DNA of 64,000 nt, taken from the NCBI RefSeq assembly GCF_009914755.1, contig NC_060935.1; one strand, 5' to 3'. Within the stretch, counting starts at the first letter, position 1, and every line of letters begins with the position of its first letter. This document shows positions 1 to 14,744 of this stretch, in pieces. Under the pieces are notes generated by a model, which made no database searches, was not told the DNA's origin, and saw only the letters and a program-made list of their open reading frames with translations. The position numbers and the translations under genes were made by a program. The DNA is from the human T2T-CHM13v2.0 reference genome, Homo sapiens.

Positions 1-376
1 CCACTTTACCACTCCCTAACCTCATTCCTGTTATGTCTGATTTCTACCAAACAGGAGCATTAACCGAGATCCCTTTCCCCAAAACAAAAGCTTTGCCCAT
101 TTGAGGCTCTTGTTTTGTTTGGGCCCTTCTTGCTATCCTTCTCTTGTTCTGTGCTTCGTTTTCTCTGGGCCCCATTCATTCCAGTTTCACGAGAGAAGAG
201 GAGAAAGTACAGACCACAAGAAGGAAAAGCATTGTAATTCTGGTTGCTTTTTTACCCACAGTCGACGACTCCTATGGTAGCAGCCGCATCACGTGTATCA
301 TTGAGCGCTCCATCGTGCCCTTGACCCTTCCTAGTCCCGGCTCCTTGTCTTGGAGCAACAAAATGAAAAAGCTGAA

Positions 377-678
<302 letters not shown>

Positions 679-694
679 GCTGAGGCGAACGCCT

Positions 695-713
695 CTGCGC
701 CCCCTAGAGGTTG
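695..713 (-). promoter_or_regulatory. CTCF binding motif
   Basis: Reverse complement reads CAACCTCTAGGGGGCGCAG, close to the CTCF core CCASYAGRKGGCRS; CpG retained; unique DNA. Confidence 0.7.
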
Positions 714-1589
714 GAGAGTGCAACCAACAATGAGTGTGAACACATGGAAAAGCTCAGTGCCAGCCTCCAAGCTGTTAGCAATGAAGAGGGAGCTTGTGGG
801 GCAGGCTGATCCAAGTCCCAACCGCCCTGAAGGGAGATTATAATCCCCAGTTCCTCCTCAAGAACTTCTCCATTGTAAGGCAAATCCCACTTTTCTTCTT
901 GCTCCCATATTGGCACCTAGATATCAAGGGAGGCAAAACCAAATCCTTGGCGTCTCAGCTCTGCTTTTGTAAACCAATTTCCCCACTAATAAGAATCGGA
1001 GATTGTGTTTCCCCGTGCAGTGCCAGACCAGGCCAGCAGGGGTCTAACATTAGTTGCTTTTAACCTACAATGACTGGCTCTCCACCGTAGTGGCTGAGTG
1101 AGTGAACTTGAAGTGAAGAGCTAATAGCCATGACTGGAGAAAACAGGTATAAATAGTGCATCCATTTTTGTAGTAAGACTAAAAACAGTCCAACCCACAG
1201 GATATCGATTTTCCTTATCCACAATGAAGTGCTTGGTTTAATACACTTTTCCTGTTTACTCTGAAAATGCATTCATAAAGAGAGCTATCTTAATCCAGGA
1301 TCTTGGACCATCCAGATTTCTGTCTGAAACAGTTCACTAATTGCTGTTTGGTCTCTAAAGAGGATGCCATGAGGACTAAAGATTATATAATAAAAAAGAC
1401 AATGTCTCAAAAAGCAAATGTCTCCAACTTATAGATGTCATAGTTTTAAAAACAAACAAAAAAACACATGAGTTTAGTATTTCTGGATCATTCTTAAGGT
1501 TGGTATTTGAAACTGTAAGCTCAAATCTTTACATTGTCCTTGAATATATTTTCACTGTGGCTATTAATTACAACAATGATTAAATACCT

Positions 1590-1770
1590 AAAAAACTATT
1601 GTACTTTCCAGTTTTCAGTCTTTTTACATACATTATCTCATGTGGTCCTTTAATACAAGAAAAAAATTAGTCTCATTTTATGGCCAATGAAATTGAGGCT
1701 CAGAGAGGTAAAGAATGTTGCCTGAGATCACACCACTAGTAGTAGCAGAGCTGGCAATTTTCCATGCCAA
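1590..1770 (-). mobile_element. MIR
   Basis: GAAATTGAGGCTCAGAGAGGTAAAG...TTGCCTGAGATCACAC, antisense MIR core. Confidence 0.7.
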
Positions 1771-2594
1771 ATGCAGCAATTAAAGTCCATGGGCATTACA
1801 GGACATTTACATATACAAACATTTATATAATGCAACCTTATTATGAATGGTATTTTTTCAGCAACTAACCTGATTTTACTTATTAATATCTATTTATATC
1901 TTGTTGCTATGATAGAATAATCATACTATAATTTCTTTAAATTAACGGAATGCATGCTTTTGATGAAGTGCACATTCCTTCACATAGCCCTCCCTGTTCT
2001 ATGTTTGGCTCTTTGATGAGATAGCAGGAAGTGGCAAGAATCCAATCTACCCAGATTCAAAAATTCTCCTTATCTTAAACAGGCCACTCTGTCAGAGAAA
2101 ATGAAACTGTTTTAATCACATAACAACCTGAAGTGCTAGGTACTATTATTTTTCTAGATGAAAGAAGAGGCACAGAGAGGCCAGCTTGCCCAAGTGCAAC
2201 AACTATAAAGTGCGGGGGCTGATTTCTACCCAGCTAGACTGACCCCTACCAGGGTCACAATCACTGTGGCACCAGGTGCAAAGACCCTCCAGATAGCACA
2301 GAAGAGGTAACAGGACAGACTCTATAATTTCCCCCAAAAGAGTCTAACGTGGTTGTGAGAACTAAATAAAAAGGGCTCTGTTGTTATACCTTAGAGAATA
2401 GGGAGAAGCGTTACAGGTTTTTTAAAAAGTCAAATGCAATATGGATTTAAAATGACTTTATAGACATTATAATTTTGATACCAATCACTCTGAGCTGCTT
2501 GGATTGTCTCAGAATCTCCATTTTCTGCCCTCCCTTTTATTTAGAGGTTTAATGACCTTAGATAACATTAAGGAAAGGCACCTTGAGCTTGCCT

Positions 2595-3040
2595 GTCTGT
2601 AGCCACCGGCACTACAGACCTGGCGTGGCAATCTGCCCAATCCCCACAGGGTGAGTTCCCACGAACTGATAACCTACTATGTGCCGGCATTTTGCAAACT
2701 GCCTCTAGAACAGGCACTTCAGGCTGCCTAACGAGTGGGTGTCTACTCCCTCTTCTTGCAGGATTGGGTGCAGGGGTTCCCGCTCCCAGGGGCCTCCAGA
2801 AACAGGCTCAGTCTCCCAGCTCCAGGGGCCGACCTGATTGGTGTAAGGGAAGTCCCGCCCTCTTGGTCATGAGTGGTTCAGAAATGAGCATGTGACTTGC
2901 GGGGGCTTCTGGGAAGTTTCCTCATGCCCACAAAAGCCTGCCAGAAGGTACCACCTTTCTCCTTTACCCAGATGGTGCCTACATTTGTTCCTGTGATTTG
3001 AGGAGGAAGCTAACCTGGGGCTTCGGAGCAGAAGGTAAGG
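2595..3040 (+). promoter_or_regulatory. Candidate promoter and first exon (CCAAT boxes, GC box, splice donor)
   Basis: CCAAT 2637-2641, ATTGG 2763-2767 and 2837-2841, CCCGCCC 2854-2860, about 10 CpGs, donor AAG|GTAAGG at 3034/3035. Confidence 0.35.
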
Positions 3041-3080
3041 CAGCTTGAGAGAGACTCACTATGACTTGTGCCCAAAGCTC
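2700..3080 (+). mobile_element. MLT1 (MLT1J/K-like) MaLR LTR fragment
   Basis: CCCAGCTCCAGGGG...CTGATTGG...TGGTTCAGAAATGAGCATGTGAC...GGGGCTTCTGGGAAG resembles the MLT1J/K interior. Confidence 0.55.
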
Positions 3081-3084
3081 TAAG

Positions 3085-3230
3085 ACCCTGCGGTCCTCAC
3101 AGCACCCCCACAAGGGAAGCCTTGTTAAGGCCCTTTTGCAGATGAAGAAACTGAGGCCGAGGGAGGTACAGAGTAAATAACCAAACTGAAGTTCAATCAA
3201 ACCCAGGGATATCTGCCTCCAAAACCTGGG
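3085..3230 (-). mobile_element. MIR
   Basis: TTTTGCAGATGAAGAAACTGAGGCC, antisense MIR core. Confidence 0.7.
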
Positions 3231-3759
3231 CTCCCTTTCAGCTCACTGATCTGTCCACTTGTCCAGAGTGGGGAAAGTTAGAGCAGGACCTCTTTGATCT
3301 GGTGGAACCAGTGGACTCCTCCACCCGAGGCATACCTTCTGCTTCCCTCCACCTCACCTTTCTTAAGGCAATTCTCTCTGCTCACAATGCCCTTCACTGT
3401 CCCCTCCAACCCCTGACATCCTTTCCGGCCTCCACAACCCACCTCTGAGTTGCATTCCACTTCTGTCCACAAAATGCACTCGATCTGCAGCCTATACCAG
3501 GCTTTCAGCTGAACTTCCGACCTCATCATGTTGTGCCCTAGGTTTGGCAATTCCCAAGTTCGTGTCATTCCTGGGGGTTTTAATTTATCCACATTTAACT
3601 ACTGTTATTGACCATTAGGTCTTCTTGGGACCTATTTCTGGCTTGTACATCTGCATATCTTAAGGAATCAGGTCTGACACCAGGAGCTACTTTTTCCCTG
3701 CCAGGAGCTACATTCTGTATTCCTTTGTTCCCCCTATTCTCTGTAAGGCAAACTAGGCT

Positions 3760-4026
3760 CTTCCCAGTCCCAAGTATATTGGTTTTACAAACTAGATCTT
3801 TTCTCAGGCCATTTTTTCTGTCTGGAATGTTCACCCATTCTTCATGTCCACCCAGAATTATGTTCATTTTTGTGTGTATCTTATCTCCTTTAATGACCTG
3901 GGGACTTCATGAGGGAAAGACCTTAGTCAATCTCATCCTGATATCCTCACAGCACCTAACACAGTGCCTGGCCCATAGGAGACATTCCGTAGATGTTTGT
4001 GGAATGACGAATGAGTGAATGAATGA
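3760..4026 (+). mobile_element. L2 3' end
   Basis: CACAGTGCCTGGCCCATAG...GTTTGTGGAATGACGAATGAGTGAATGAATGA, L2 terminus. Confidence 0.75.
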
Positions 4027-4689
4027 GTTTTCCCCTAATATGAGAAGACTGCAGCTAGTAGACTCTCAGGACCAAGGATGTAACTCTTTCGTGGAACTGG
4101 ATCTCCCAACGAGGTAGTATTTTACAGTTGGTGGGATCTCACACTATTTTAAACTATTTAAATGACTATCAGTCTCTCATATATTTTAAATAAGACTTTA
4201 ATTTTGGTTCATGTCCATAGGCAGTGTTGCAAAGCTGAGCATTTTATAATCAGTAACACTGATAAACGTGTGGCAGCTCCATTCACCCCCACTGCACACA
4301 CACAGTCTCAGACAAGGCTCAGGCAGCCTCCCCCATCCTGTATCTTCTGGCCTAATTATAGCCACAGACTAGGTTGCAGGTGGAGGGTTCTGGTAGATAA
4401 TTGAAATCCACAGACACCTGCTTTGCACTTGACAGCTTTGACCTTCTCTTCTGATCAGGTTAATAAGTCAGAAATATAAGACACTGAAATTAGGCCCCCT
4501 CTCCTTGCCTTAACCCCAGACAGCCAATAGTGCAAAGTCAAGTACTATACACTTATACTCTCAAAAGACACAGGAAGATGGAACAAAGCTCCCACCCACC
4601 CACCTCCACCCCTCTCAGCTCCTGAGTTATAATGATACTAATAATAATAATTCAAAATGATCCATATTTTAAGAAAATTCACCTGGGAA

Positions 4690-4850
4690 GACTGTTGCCT
4701 CATGGTTAAAAGCACAGGCACTGGAAGCAAGCAGACCTGAGGTCAAGTGCAGATTCTGCGACTTTCAACTGGGGGCACTTGAGGAGGTTCCTGAGCCTCT
4801 CAAAGCACTGATTTCCTCATCTGTAAAAACCTACCTCACAAGAGTTTGGA
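4690..4850 (+). mobile_element. MIR
   Basis: TGGTTAAAAGCACAGGCACTGGAAG...TTTCCTCATCTGTAAAA. Confidence 0.7.
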
Positions 4851-5184
4851 CCAAAGTTGTAAAGATTACTCCATAAACAGTAAGTCTTAGTATCTACACA
4901 GACTCTGGCCCTCTTCCTACTGAAATATCATTTTGCAAACAGGACCGGTGTGGAGACCACCCTCTCTACTCTTGCCTGCCCCACCCTAAGGCAGAGAGAG
5001 AAACAACACAGAGAATTTATCCCGACCTTTGACTCTTTCTCTTTCCCCCTCCAGGGGCCCACTGCCTGTCGCATTGCACACACTCTCAGTGGCTCTCATG
5101 GTCCTCACTCAGGGCACTCTAGAGGATCTTCTTAGCACGTAGACTTTGGAGACAGATAGCAGGATTTTGAATTCCAGCTCCACC

Positions 5185-5280
5185 TAGGACGTCCATTTAC
5201 CCCAGCTTGCCCTGAACTTCCTAGTTTTAGCACCAAAAGCCCTTGGTCCTGGGCAGAGCAGGACATTTGGGCCTTCTCGC
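5185..5280. mobile_element. MER81-like hAT-Blackjack MITE inside a MIR
   Basis: TAGGACGTCC...GTTTTAGCACCAAAAGCCC...GGGCAGAGCAGGAC, degenerate MER81; flanks are MIR. Confidence 0.5.
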
Positions 5281-6211
5281 TCCATGCCGTCATAGGCTGT
5301 AAATCCTGGCTAATTTGACCTCTTTAATACCTTGGTGATTTGAGCCAACTCTAAAATCATCCTTGGTCATTGGAATGGAAGAAGCGAGCGCTTGGGGCAT
5401 CCTGTCCCAGAGACTCAGCCAACTTTCAGATTCTACCCTAACCCACTGTGTGCACTAAAGGGCCTGTCCCCAGGACCCCTAAGCCCCCACTCTTAGCCTG
5501 GCCTGCCCTTGAGAAGCTATCAGTTGCCTAGTCTCAGGGTCATCTTTTCCCTTTGGGTGGGAGGGAACCTTGTCATGACCACAACTAAGGCAAGCACTCA
5601 GCTGGCACCCTCACCTGTGTTTGAGTCGCCATTAAATCTTGACTCTCCCCAAGCCAGAATGAACCCAGGACAAAGGAAGCCAGTGGGGTTGAAGGAAATG
5701 GGAAATGTTCTCCCTGAGGGACCAAGTGTAGGCTGGAGATGAGGGGAAGGTGGACAGAAATGGGGCAGCTGCTTCTCTTTAATGAGAGCAGGGCCTGTTG
5801 TCTTCCCCAGGAGCACATCAACAGCACTGGTGAACCTGAAAATCAATCCTTGTTGCTGCTGAGCAGGGGGTTGAGCCAGGTCAGCTGGCAGCTCTGGCGT
5901 TATGACTCCACGCCCTACAGGGAGCCTTCCAACCACCCGTCCAGAGTGACATTGACATGAGAGGAGCAGCCACCATGTGCAGTACCCACTGGCTTCTCCC
6001 AGGGTGGCTTTCTGCTATTATTGCTGAGCACTTTACAGTTTGCTGGGTGTTTGGAATTTTGAAACAATCCTTCAAGGTAGACAGTATCAATGTTTCCACT
6101 TTCCAAATGAAAATATATATATATATATATAGGCCCAGGAAGTCAAAGGGATTTTTCTTCCTTTGACTAATGGAAGAAATGTCTCTCAGCTGGTGTAAAG
6201 GTAGTGATTGA

Positions 6212-6537
<326 letters not shown>

Positions 6538-6959
6538 TAAAGGTAGTGATTGAGAGTAATCTTCCATCTTGGAGTCCTGTCAGAAAAATGATTCTGAGCA
6601 AATACCTCCAATGTATATGCATAATTTATTTATAAATTATAGCCATAACTATTGTATTGACTATTGTATTAATATATTAAGTATATTATGAAACATGCAA
6701 ATGAACATTAATAAGGAATGAGACCATACATATAAACAGAAGGTCCAATACTTGCTTCTTCTGCCCTAACAGACATCTTGGATGAAGTGGGCACTTTGGA
6801 GACACAAGCCCAAATGCCTACTGGAGCCAAGCAGGCAACATATGTAAGCGAACTGGGCTGAGCGTGAAAGAACCAACAGTCCAGGAAGGTTAAGAAGTGG
6901 CAACTGATTCTCAGCCTCAGAACTGGAGACAATAAAGAGTAGCAGGGACTGTAGCAGAA

Positions 6960-7190
6960 ATGAGAACAAATACCCCACCTAAGGGGAGCTGCTGTTATTC
7001 AGTTTCAGCCAATTATTGCCATATAAGAAAGTAGGTCCAGGGTTTCTGACCTTCCAGTTTTTTTCAGTAAAAGTCAGATATCTATATTTTTTTGGTGAAA
7101 TTGTACAATTTTTATGGTGTTGGCCACTGATTTTACTTTTTTCAACAAAATTCCTGAGGTCCAAGTGGGTCAAAATCGGCTTGCAGTCTT
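6960..7190 (-). mobile_element. MER102-like hAT-Charlie
   Basis: Reverse-complement similarity to the copy at 35445-35790 (CAGCCAATTATTGCCAT vs ATGGCAACAATTAACT). Confidence 0.6.
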
Positions 7191-7834
7191 CCAAAGGACA
7201 ACCATTAGAGTAAAGGAAAGAGCTTTGCCTTTGTAGCTAGACGGTCTTGATTTTAAATCCTATTTCTACCTTTAACAAGTATTTTAACCTCTCTATGTTT
7301 CAGTTTTCAGGCCAATAAAATGGAAAGAATAGGCTTTTCGAGGGTTAGTGATGATGTACATGAAGCATTTAACACAGTTTCTGGCACATAGCAGAGGTTC
7401 AATAAATAATACCTATTGTTAGTGGGGCCCACCCACAACTCAGCCCTGCTGACTGCTGACCCAGTTCTCTTTCCATTATGAAGAGGCTTAAACAGACAAT
7501 CCACATACCTGTCACTCAACTTCCAATCCTGCACTTTGCAGAATTCATTCTGCTACAGAAAGGCAGGTCTTTCCCACCCTGGTCTTATCGTTCCCAAGAA
7601 GAATCCAGAAGCCAAAGAAATGAGCAGGCTGTCACCCTAGGAGGCTGGTATGGCAGGTGGCATGGAACAAGCCATGGGAGTCAGACAATCTGAGCTCTAG
7701 TCCAGGCTTTGCCACTAATGAGCCGTGTGATCTTGGACAAGTGACTGAACAACTCTGGGCCTCTGTTTGCTATTAAAAGTAAGCACAGTAATATCCACCT
7801 AAAAGAGTAATCATGAGAAAGTCAAATTATACAT

Positions 7835-9222
7835 TGTGCCAGATTTCCTCCGTCTACCTCCCCACACCTGCCACTCTCCTGACTTGTATAGGAAAAAGCA
7901 ACTGTTTTTCTCCATGCCCACACTGAACACAGAACACTTCTTTGACCAAATATGGGAGAGAGAGGGTTGTCCCACACCAAGTATTAATAATTCTCCACTT
8001 CTTGATGGACACCAGCTGGGTGTCCTATAATTTAACTCAATTATGACACTATCTACCTGGAGATAACATCTAAATCCTACAAGTTAAGGGCTTGGTCCCA
8101 TGAGATTGCCCCATTTCAAACACCTATTGCAAGTTTAGGTTGTCACCCATGCTTCTGACTGACTATAAATCAGAGGTTCACATGACCTCCTCAGGTTCAA
8201 CCATTTAGGCTAGAACAGCTCACAGAACTTAGGAAAATAGTTCACTTATTCGATTACTAACTTATTATAAAAGGATAAAACTCAGGAACAAATGGGAGAC
8301 AGGCATAGAGCAATGTATGGGGAGTGGGAGGAGCTTCCATGCTATCTTCCAGGCGCCGCACTTCCAGAACCTCCATGTTTATGCCTTCCTGGGAGCTCTC
8401 CAAACTTCATCCTTTTGGGTTTTTATGGAGGCTTCATTACAGAGACATGATTGATTAAATCATTGGCCATTGGTGATCAAGTCAGTCTTCAGTCCTTCTG
8501 TCCTCCCAGAGGAGATTGGGGTGGGATTGGGGAAAGGCTTGAAATTCCAAAAGTCACCTCGTTTATGTAAACTCAGGTGTGGTTGAAAGGGGCTTATTAT
8601 GAATAACACAAGACACTCCATTCACCTTTACTACTACTATCACTTAGGAGATTCCAAGAGTTTTAGGAGCTCTGTGCTTGAGAATAAGGACAAAGACCAA
8701 ATATATATATTTCTTATTACAAGTCACAATATCACACCACTCTTCTCCCCCTAGCTTTGTGCCCTGGAGTTTGATCTTAATGGGCTGCATCAATGGGACC
8801 CTCCCCTCTGGTTTCCAGTAGGGTTCAGCACTGAGATGCATCAACAGGTGACCAGTGGATGGAAAGAAAGGGAGATGGCAGAATTTATTCCCCCAGCTTG
8901 TGGCAGTGGCCAGAGGCTATGCTCCTCTCAGTCTCCTATCAAGCAGACCATTCCTGCAGCTGCAGTTCCAGATCACCATTCAGCTGTAGTCACAGATCCA
9001 GATGCAGCTATCACTATCTTTTTCTTTGGGGATCCACTTCCTCCCCTTACCCTTTCAGCCCAGGGGTGGTAACAGCTCCCCAGTCTGTCTAGCCCCAGGA
9101 CTTCACCACCCTTTATTGTTTTCCGTTAACCCCGCCACACCTTTGTAATCAGTCTCTTACTAAACTCTCCCCCGTCACCCTGATTGTGCCATCTGTTTAC
9201 TGCAGGACCCTGACTATGACAC
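7835..9222 (+). mobile_element. LTR16-family (LTR16C-like) ERVL LTR, split by MER21
   Basis: TGTGCCAGATTTC start; GGGCTGCATCAATGGG...CAGGGGTGGTAACAGCTCCCC...CAGGACCCTGACTATGACA end. Confidence 0.65.
7885..8736 (-). mobile_element. MER21 (MER21B-like) LTR
   Basis: GGACACCAGCTGGGTGTCC...TTCCAAGAGTTTTAGGAGCTCTGTG...ATATCACA; reverse complement similar to the MER21 at 58038-58987. Confidence 0.8.
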
Positions 9223-9659
9223 ATATAGCATATATATTTTTTTTAACCTTGGAACCTTAGACCTGGAAGCCACTCAAGCATTGTTGTTGGAATTTGAGAT
9301 CATAAGCCTTTCTGCTTCATCCTCAGGCTGTCAGAGAATCCAGTTATCCGGAACCCTCATCTCCTGAGTGGCCCACTCCATTAAGGTCCAAACATGTTGA
9401 TGGGACGCACATTCATTCACAAATGTTTGTCATGTACCTGTAAGATACCAGGTCCTGCACTAGATCCTGAAGATCCAACTGAGATCAAGCAAACAATGTT
9501 TGTGTCTTAGTGGAACTTATAGTCCTATGGGATGATGTAGAAATTGTTCCCAGAGAGACGATCTCTTTGCAGGCCATTTGGAGGCCAGCTGCCTGGCCAG
9601 AGTTCCCATGGCCATGAGGACCCAAGGATGCTCCCTCAAGACTATATGAATTTGTACTT

Positions 9660-10085
9660 ATTGTTTGCAGCCAACCCTGTAGATTGGCTAACCCGACACC
9701 CATCCAGAGCTCCTAGCCACCAGTTCTGTGGCCATGAAACACACTTCTGGCTAAGGAGACAAGCATAAATCTTTAGGTTGGGGCTTCTAGCGAAGCCCTT
9801 GCTTCCCTTATAAATTAGGACAGACTCTGCTGGTGTCAACCTTCATTCTCTTTTTGCCCTTCCCCTTTATCCGCTTAGAACAAAGATGTGATGCTTGGAG
9901 GTGCAGTGACCGTGAGACAGCAAGCCAATACTCTAAGTGTGGCAAAGCAGGAAAAATAAATAGCTTGGGTCCTACAGAATCATTGAGCTGCAGTCCTGGA
10001 CTGCTTAATTCTGAATTTGTATAAAATAAATAAACCCCTTTCTGTTTAAGCCACAGGTAGGTAAGTAGTCTGTTACATACATTCA
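9660..10085 (+). mobile_element. MLT1J-family LTR
   Basis: GATGTGATGCTTGGAGGTGCAG...AATAAACCCCTTTCTGTTTAAGCCAC...TCTGTTAC. Confidence 0.6.
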
Positions 10086-10877
10086 AGAGAATTTGTATCT
10101 GGAGGGAACCTTCGGATTGTCTGTTCCAGCTTATTGCCATGTATATGACGAAACTAAGGCACAGAGAAGGAAGGAACTTGCTCCAAATCACACAGCCCAA
10201 CTAGAGCTTCCATCTCCCAGCCAGCCCTAGTCCTCACTTACAAGCTCCTACAACTCATGCAAGGATTAAGCTCTGTGTGTTTCAGCTATTTGCCTAGTTA
10301 ACAGGTCCTTTGGAACCACAGCTAATTTCACTCAGTCCTGAGTGGTCCCCTTAAAAAAAAAAAAAAAACACCTAGCTGATGCTCAAGCATAACCCTGTTG
10401 AGCCTCTAGTAGGTCTAGTCTGGCTAACCCTGTGCTGGGTGATTTTCAGAGCTGTGAAGAAGCACTTCGTGCCACCCAAAGGCATTTGTGAGAACAAATT
10501 GAGAAAAATAGAGGTTTTCTGCCTCTTCTCTGTCTCTTGGCATGGAATTTTTGTGGATTGTATTTAACCCTATCTCTAAAGCTACCTTTGGCAGTGCCAC
10601 TCCAAAAGTACTCCTGATTGGAGGCAGAGATCTGGTTCTGTCCCTTACCCCAAGTAGTCCCCTCTCTCCTTCCCCACCTTCATCTACCACCACGCATATG
10701 CACACACATACATACACACACACACACGCACGACACATGCTGGTGATTTTGCTGTTAGTGAGTCACTGCTTTAGGAAGTAATTTCTCTCTTCCTGAGAAT
10801 GCTGAAAGAGGAGGAAAAGCCATAGAAAAAGAGACTCTAGAATCCCCAAAAATAGGCTCATCAGCTTTATCAGAAGC

Positions 10878-11534
<657 letters not shown>

Positions 11535-11969
11535 GGGACCTCCTGCATGCCAAGAGTACCACATGCTGCAACCTGTTTACTTTCCCCCAGGACATTCTGC
11601 ATATTCATTGGGAAGCCTGCAGTCATTGCTGTAGGATAAATTCAGAATTCTCAGCAGCTAACAATGTCCACCTGTCAGCTTTTTCCCTAGGTCCATCTCC
11701 TGCACTGCAGTCTGATGAGGGCTGCTGAGGGGAAGCTGGAACCCACCATTCTGCACGCTCATCGTTTTGAGCAGGAGTTAGCTGATTCTGGAGCTGGAAA
11801 TGCTCAGCTCGAGAGATGCTGATAAAGAGAACCTTCTTGCTCTTCTGGCTGTTCTAGAGCCCTGCTCTTGGGATGATGGGACCCAAGAGCCCAGTGGCAT
11901 GGCTTTCTCCAGGGTACCAAACTATCAACACCATCATCACTACCACTACTACAATGATGATGGTACCTA

Positions 11970-12482
11970 ATGTGTAAATTGATTACAACAATGGCCCCGA
12001 TTCACCTTCCCTCCCTCATCCACACCATTCCAATGTGTCTTTGCAGTTCTTCTCTTCCAATACTTGACTGTTTCCCCATACTTTGAATCTGAATTAACTT
12101 GTGACTTGCTTTGGCCATTTGAACGCATCAGAGGTGACATGGGGCCAGTTCTAAGCTTAGGCCTCAAGAGGCCACACTCTCCATTGGGACCCTGCCACCA
12201 ACATGTGAGTAAACCCAGGTTAGCCTGTTGTATGAGGAGCAACACGTGACCCATTTACCCCCTTGTTCCAGCTGACAGCCTACCAATCTCCAAACATGTG
12301 AGTGAGGCCATCCTAGACTAGCAAGCTCCCAGCCAACCTGCCCACTGACCGCTGACACAAAATCAGCCAAGCCTGGCCAGATCAGCAGAGCTTCCAAGCT
12401 GACATGTAGACTCATGAGCAATAACAATACATGATTCTTAAGCCAATGAGTTGGGGGGTGGGGGGCGTTGGCTGTTACATAG
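11970..12482 (+). mobile_element. MLT1G/H-like LTR
   Basis: CTTGTGACTTGCTTTGGCCA...CTTAGGCCTCAAGAGGCC...CATGTGAGTGAGGCCATCCTAGAC. Confidence 0.7.
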
Positions 12483-12489
12483 TCATTTT

Positions 12490-12700
12490 TTGACCATTTA
12501 CTATAGGCCAAGCTCTGTGCCAAGAGGTTTTCACAGAGTGCTTCATTAAATTCATACAACCGCTCCACAAAGTAGAAATTATCATCTTCATTCTCTAGAG
12601 GAAGAAACTGAGATTTAAAAAAATTAAATAACTTGCCTCAGTCACACAGTAAGAAGTGGATCTAGATTTGAAGCCAAGCATTCTGACTCTACAACCATAT
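12490..12700 (-). mobile_element. MIR
   Basis: GAGGAAGAAACTGAGA...AAATAACTTGCC...GATTTGAAGCCAAGCATTCTGACTC. Confidence 0.7.
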
Positions 12701-12808
12701 TAGAATCTTTCTTCTGGTAGCCTTTTTTTTTTTTCTTTTTCCACAGAGCTGTTTGGCTCCAAAATTTTAGGTCTTTTTCTTTTTAGATTCCTGTCATAGT
12801 ACCTGCTA

Positions 12809-13124
12809 CAGGGGTCCCCAACCCCCAGGCCATGGACCAGTACCAGTCCGTGGCAGGAGGTGAGTGGCGAGCAAGCATTGCCTCCTGAGCTCACCTCCTG
12901 TTAGATCAGTGGTGGCATTAGATTCTTATAGGAGTGTGAACCCTATTGTGAATTGTGCATGTGAGGGATCTAGATTGTGTGCTCCTTATGAGAATCTAGA
13001 TAATGCCTAATGATCTAAGGTGGAACAGTTTCATCCTGAAACCATCCCCCCACACCACCCCATCTGTGGAAAAATTGTCTTCCATGAAACCGGTCCCTGG
13101 TGCCAAAAAGGTTAGGGACTGCTG
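12809..13124 (+). mobile_element. MER1B hAT-Charlie
   Basis: CAGGGGTCCCCAACCCCC start and GGTTAGGGACTGCTG end (TIRs); GAAACCGGTCCCTGGTGCCAAAAAGG. Confidence 0.9.
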
Positions 13125-13199
13125 ACCTACAGTCTGTTTGGGGTCAGGGCATGAGTGATTTTGGCCCATGCCTGAGTGCACATTCTGAATAAGGCTGAC

Positions 13200-14110
<911 letters not shown>

Positions 14111-14354
14111 AGCCTCTCCCAAGTTGTCATCAACTGATCCCAAGTGCAAGAACCCAGAAACTTGCAAGGATTCCTGCACATGTATCCTCTGTCTTATCTT
14201 CAACTGACAGTTCCAAGCAAGGATGCATCTCAGGACTTTAACAATGAAATAAGTAATAAGCTAGTATGCAAATAGATCCAAAGAAATTCAGATCATTTGA
14301 GTACGGAAAAATGGCCCATTGCTATCCTGAGTTGACCCACCTTTTTGGCCCTAG

Positions 14355-14744
<390 letters not shown>

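Noticed and set aside
714-724. CTCF upstream (U) motif TGCAC
   Set aside because: It lies about 7 bp from the core, closer than the usual spacing.
10759-10779. AP-1 (TGAGTCA) plus ETS (AGGAAGT) pair as an enhancer
   Set aside because: Short motifs expected by chance in 64 kb, with no other support from the sequence.
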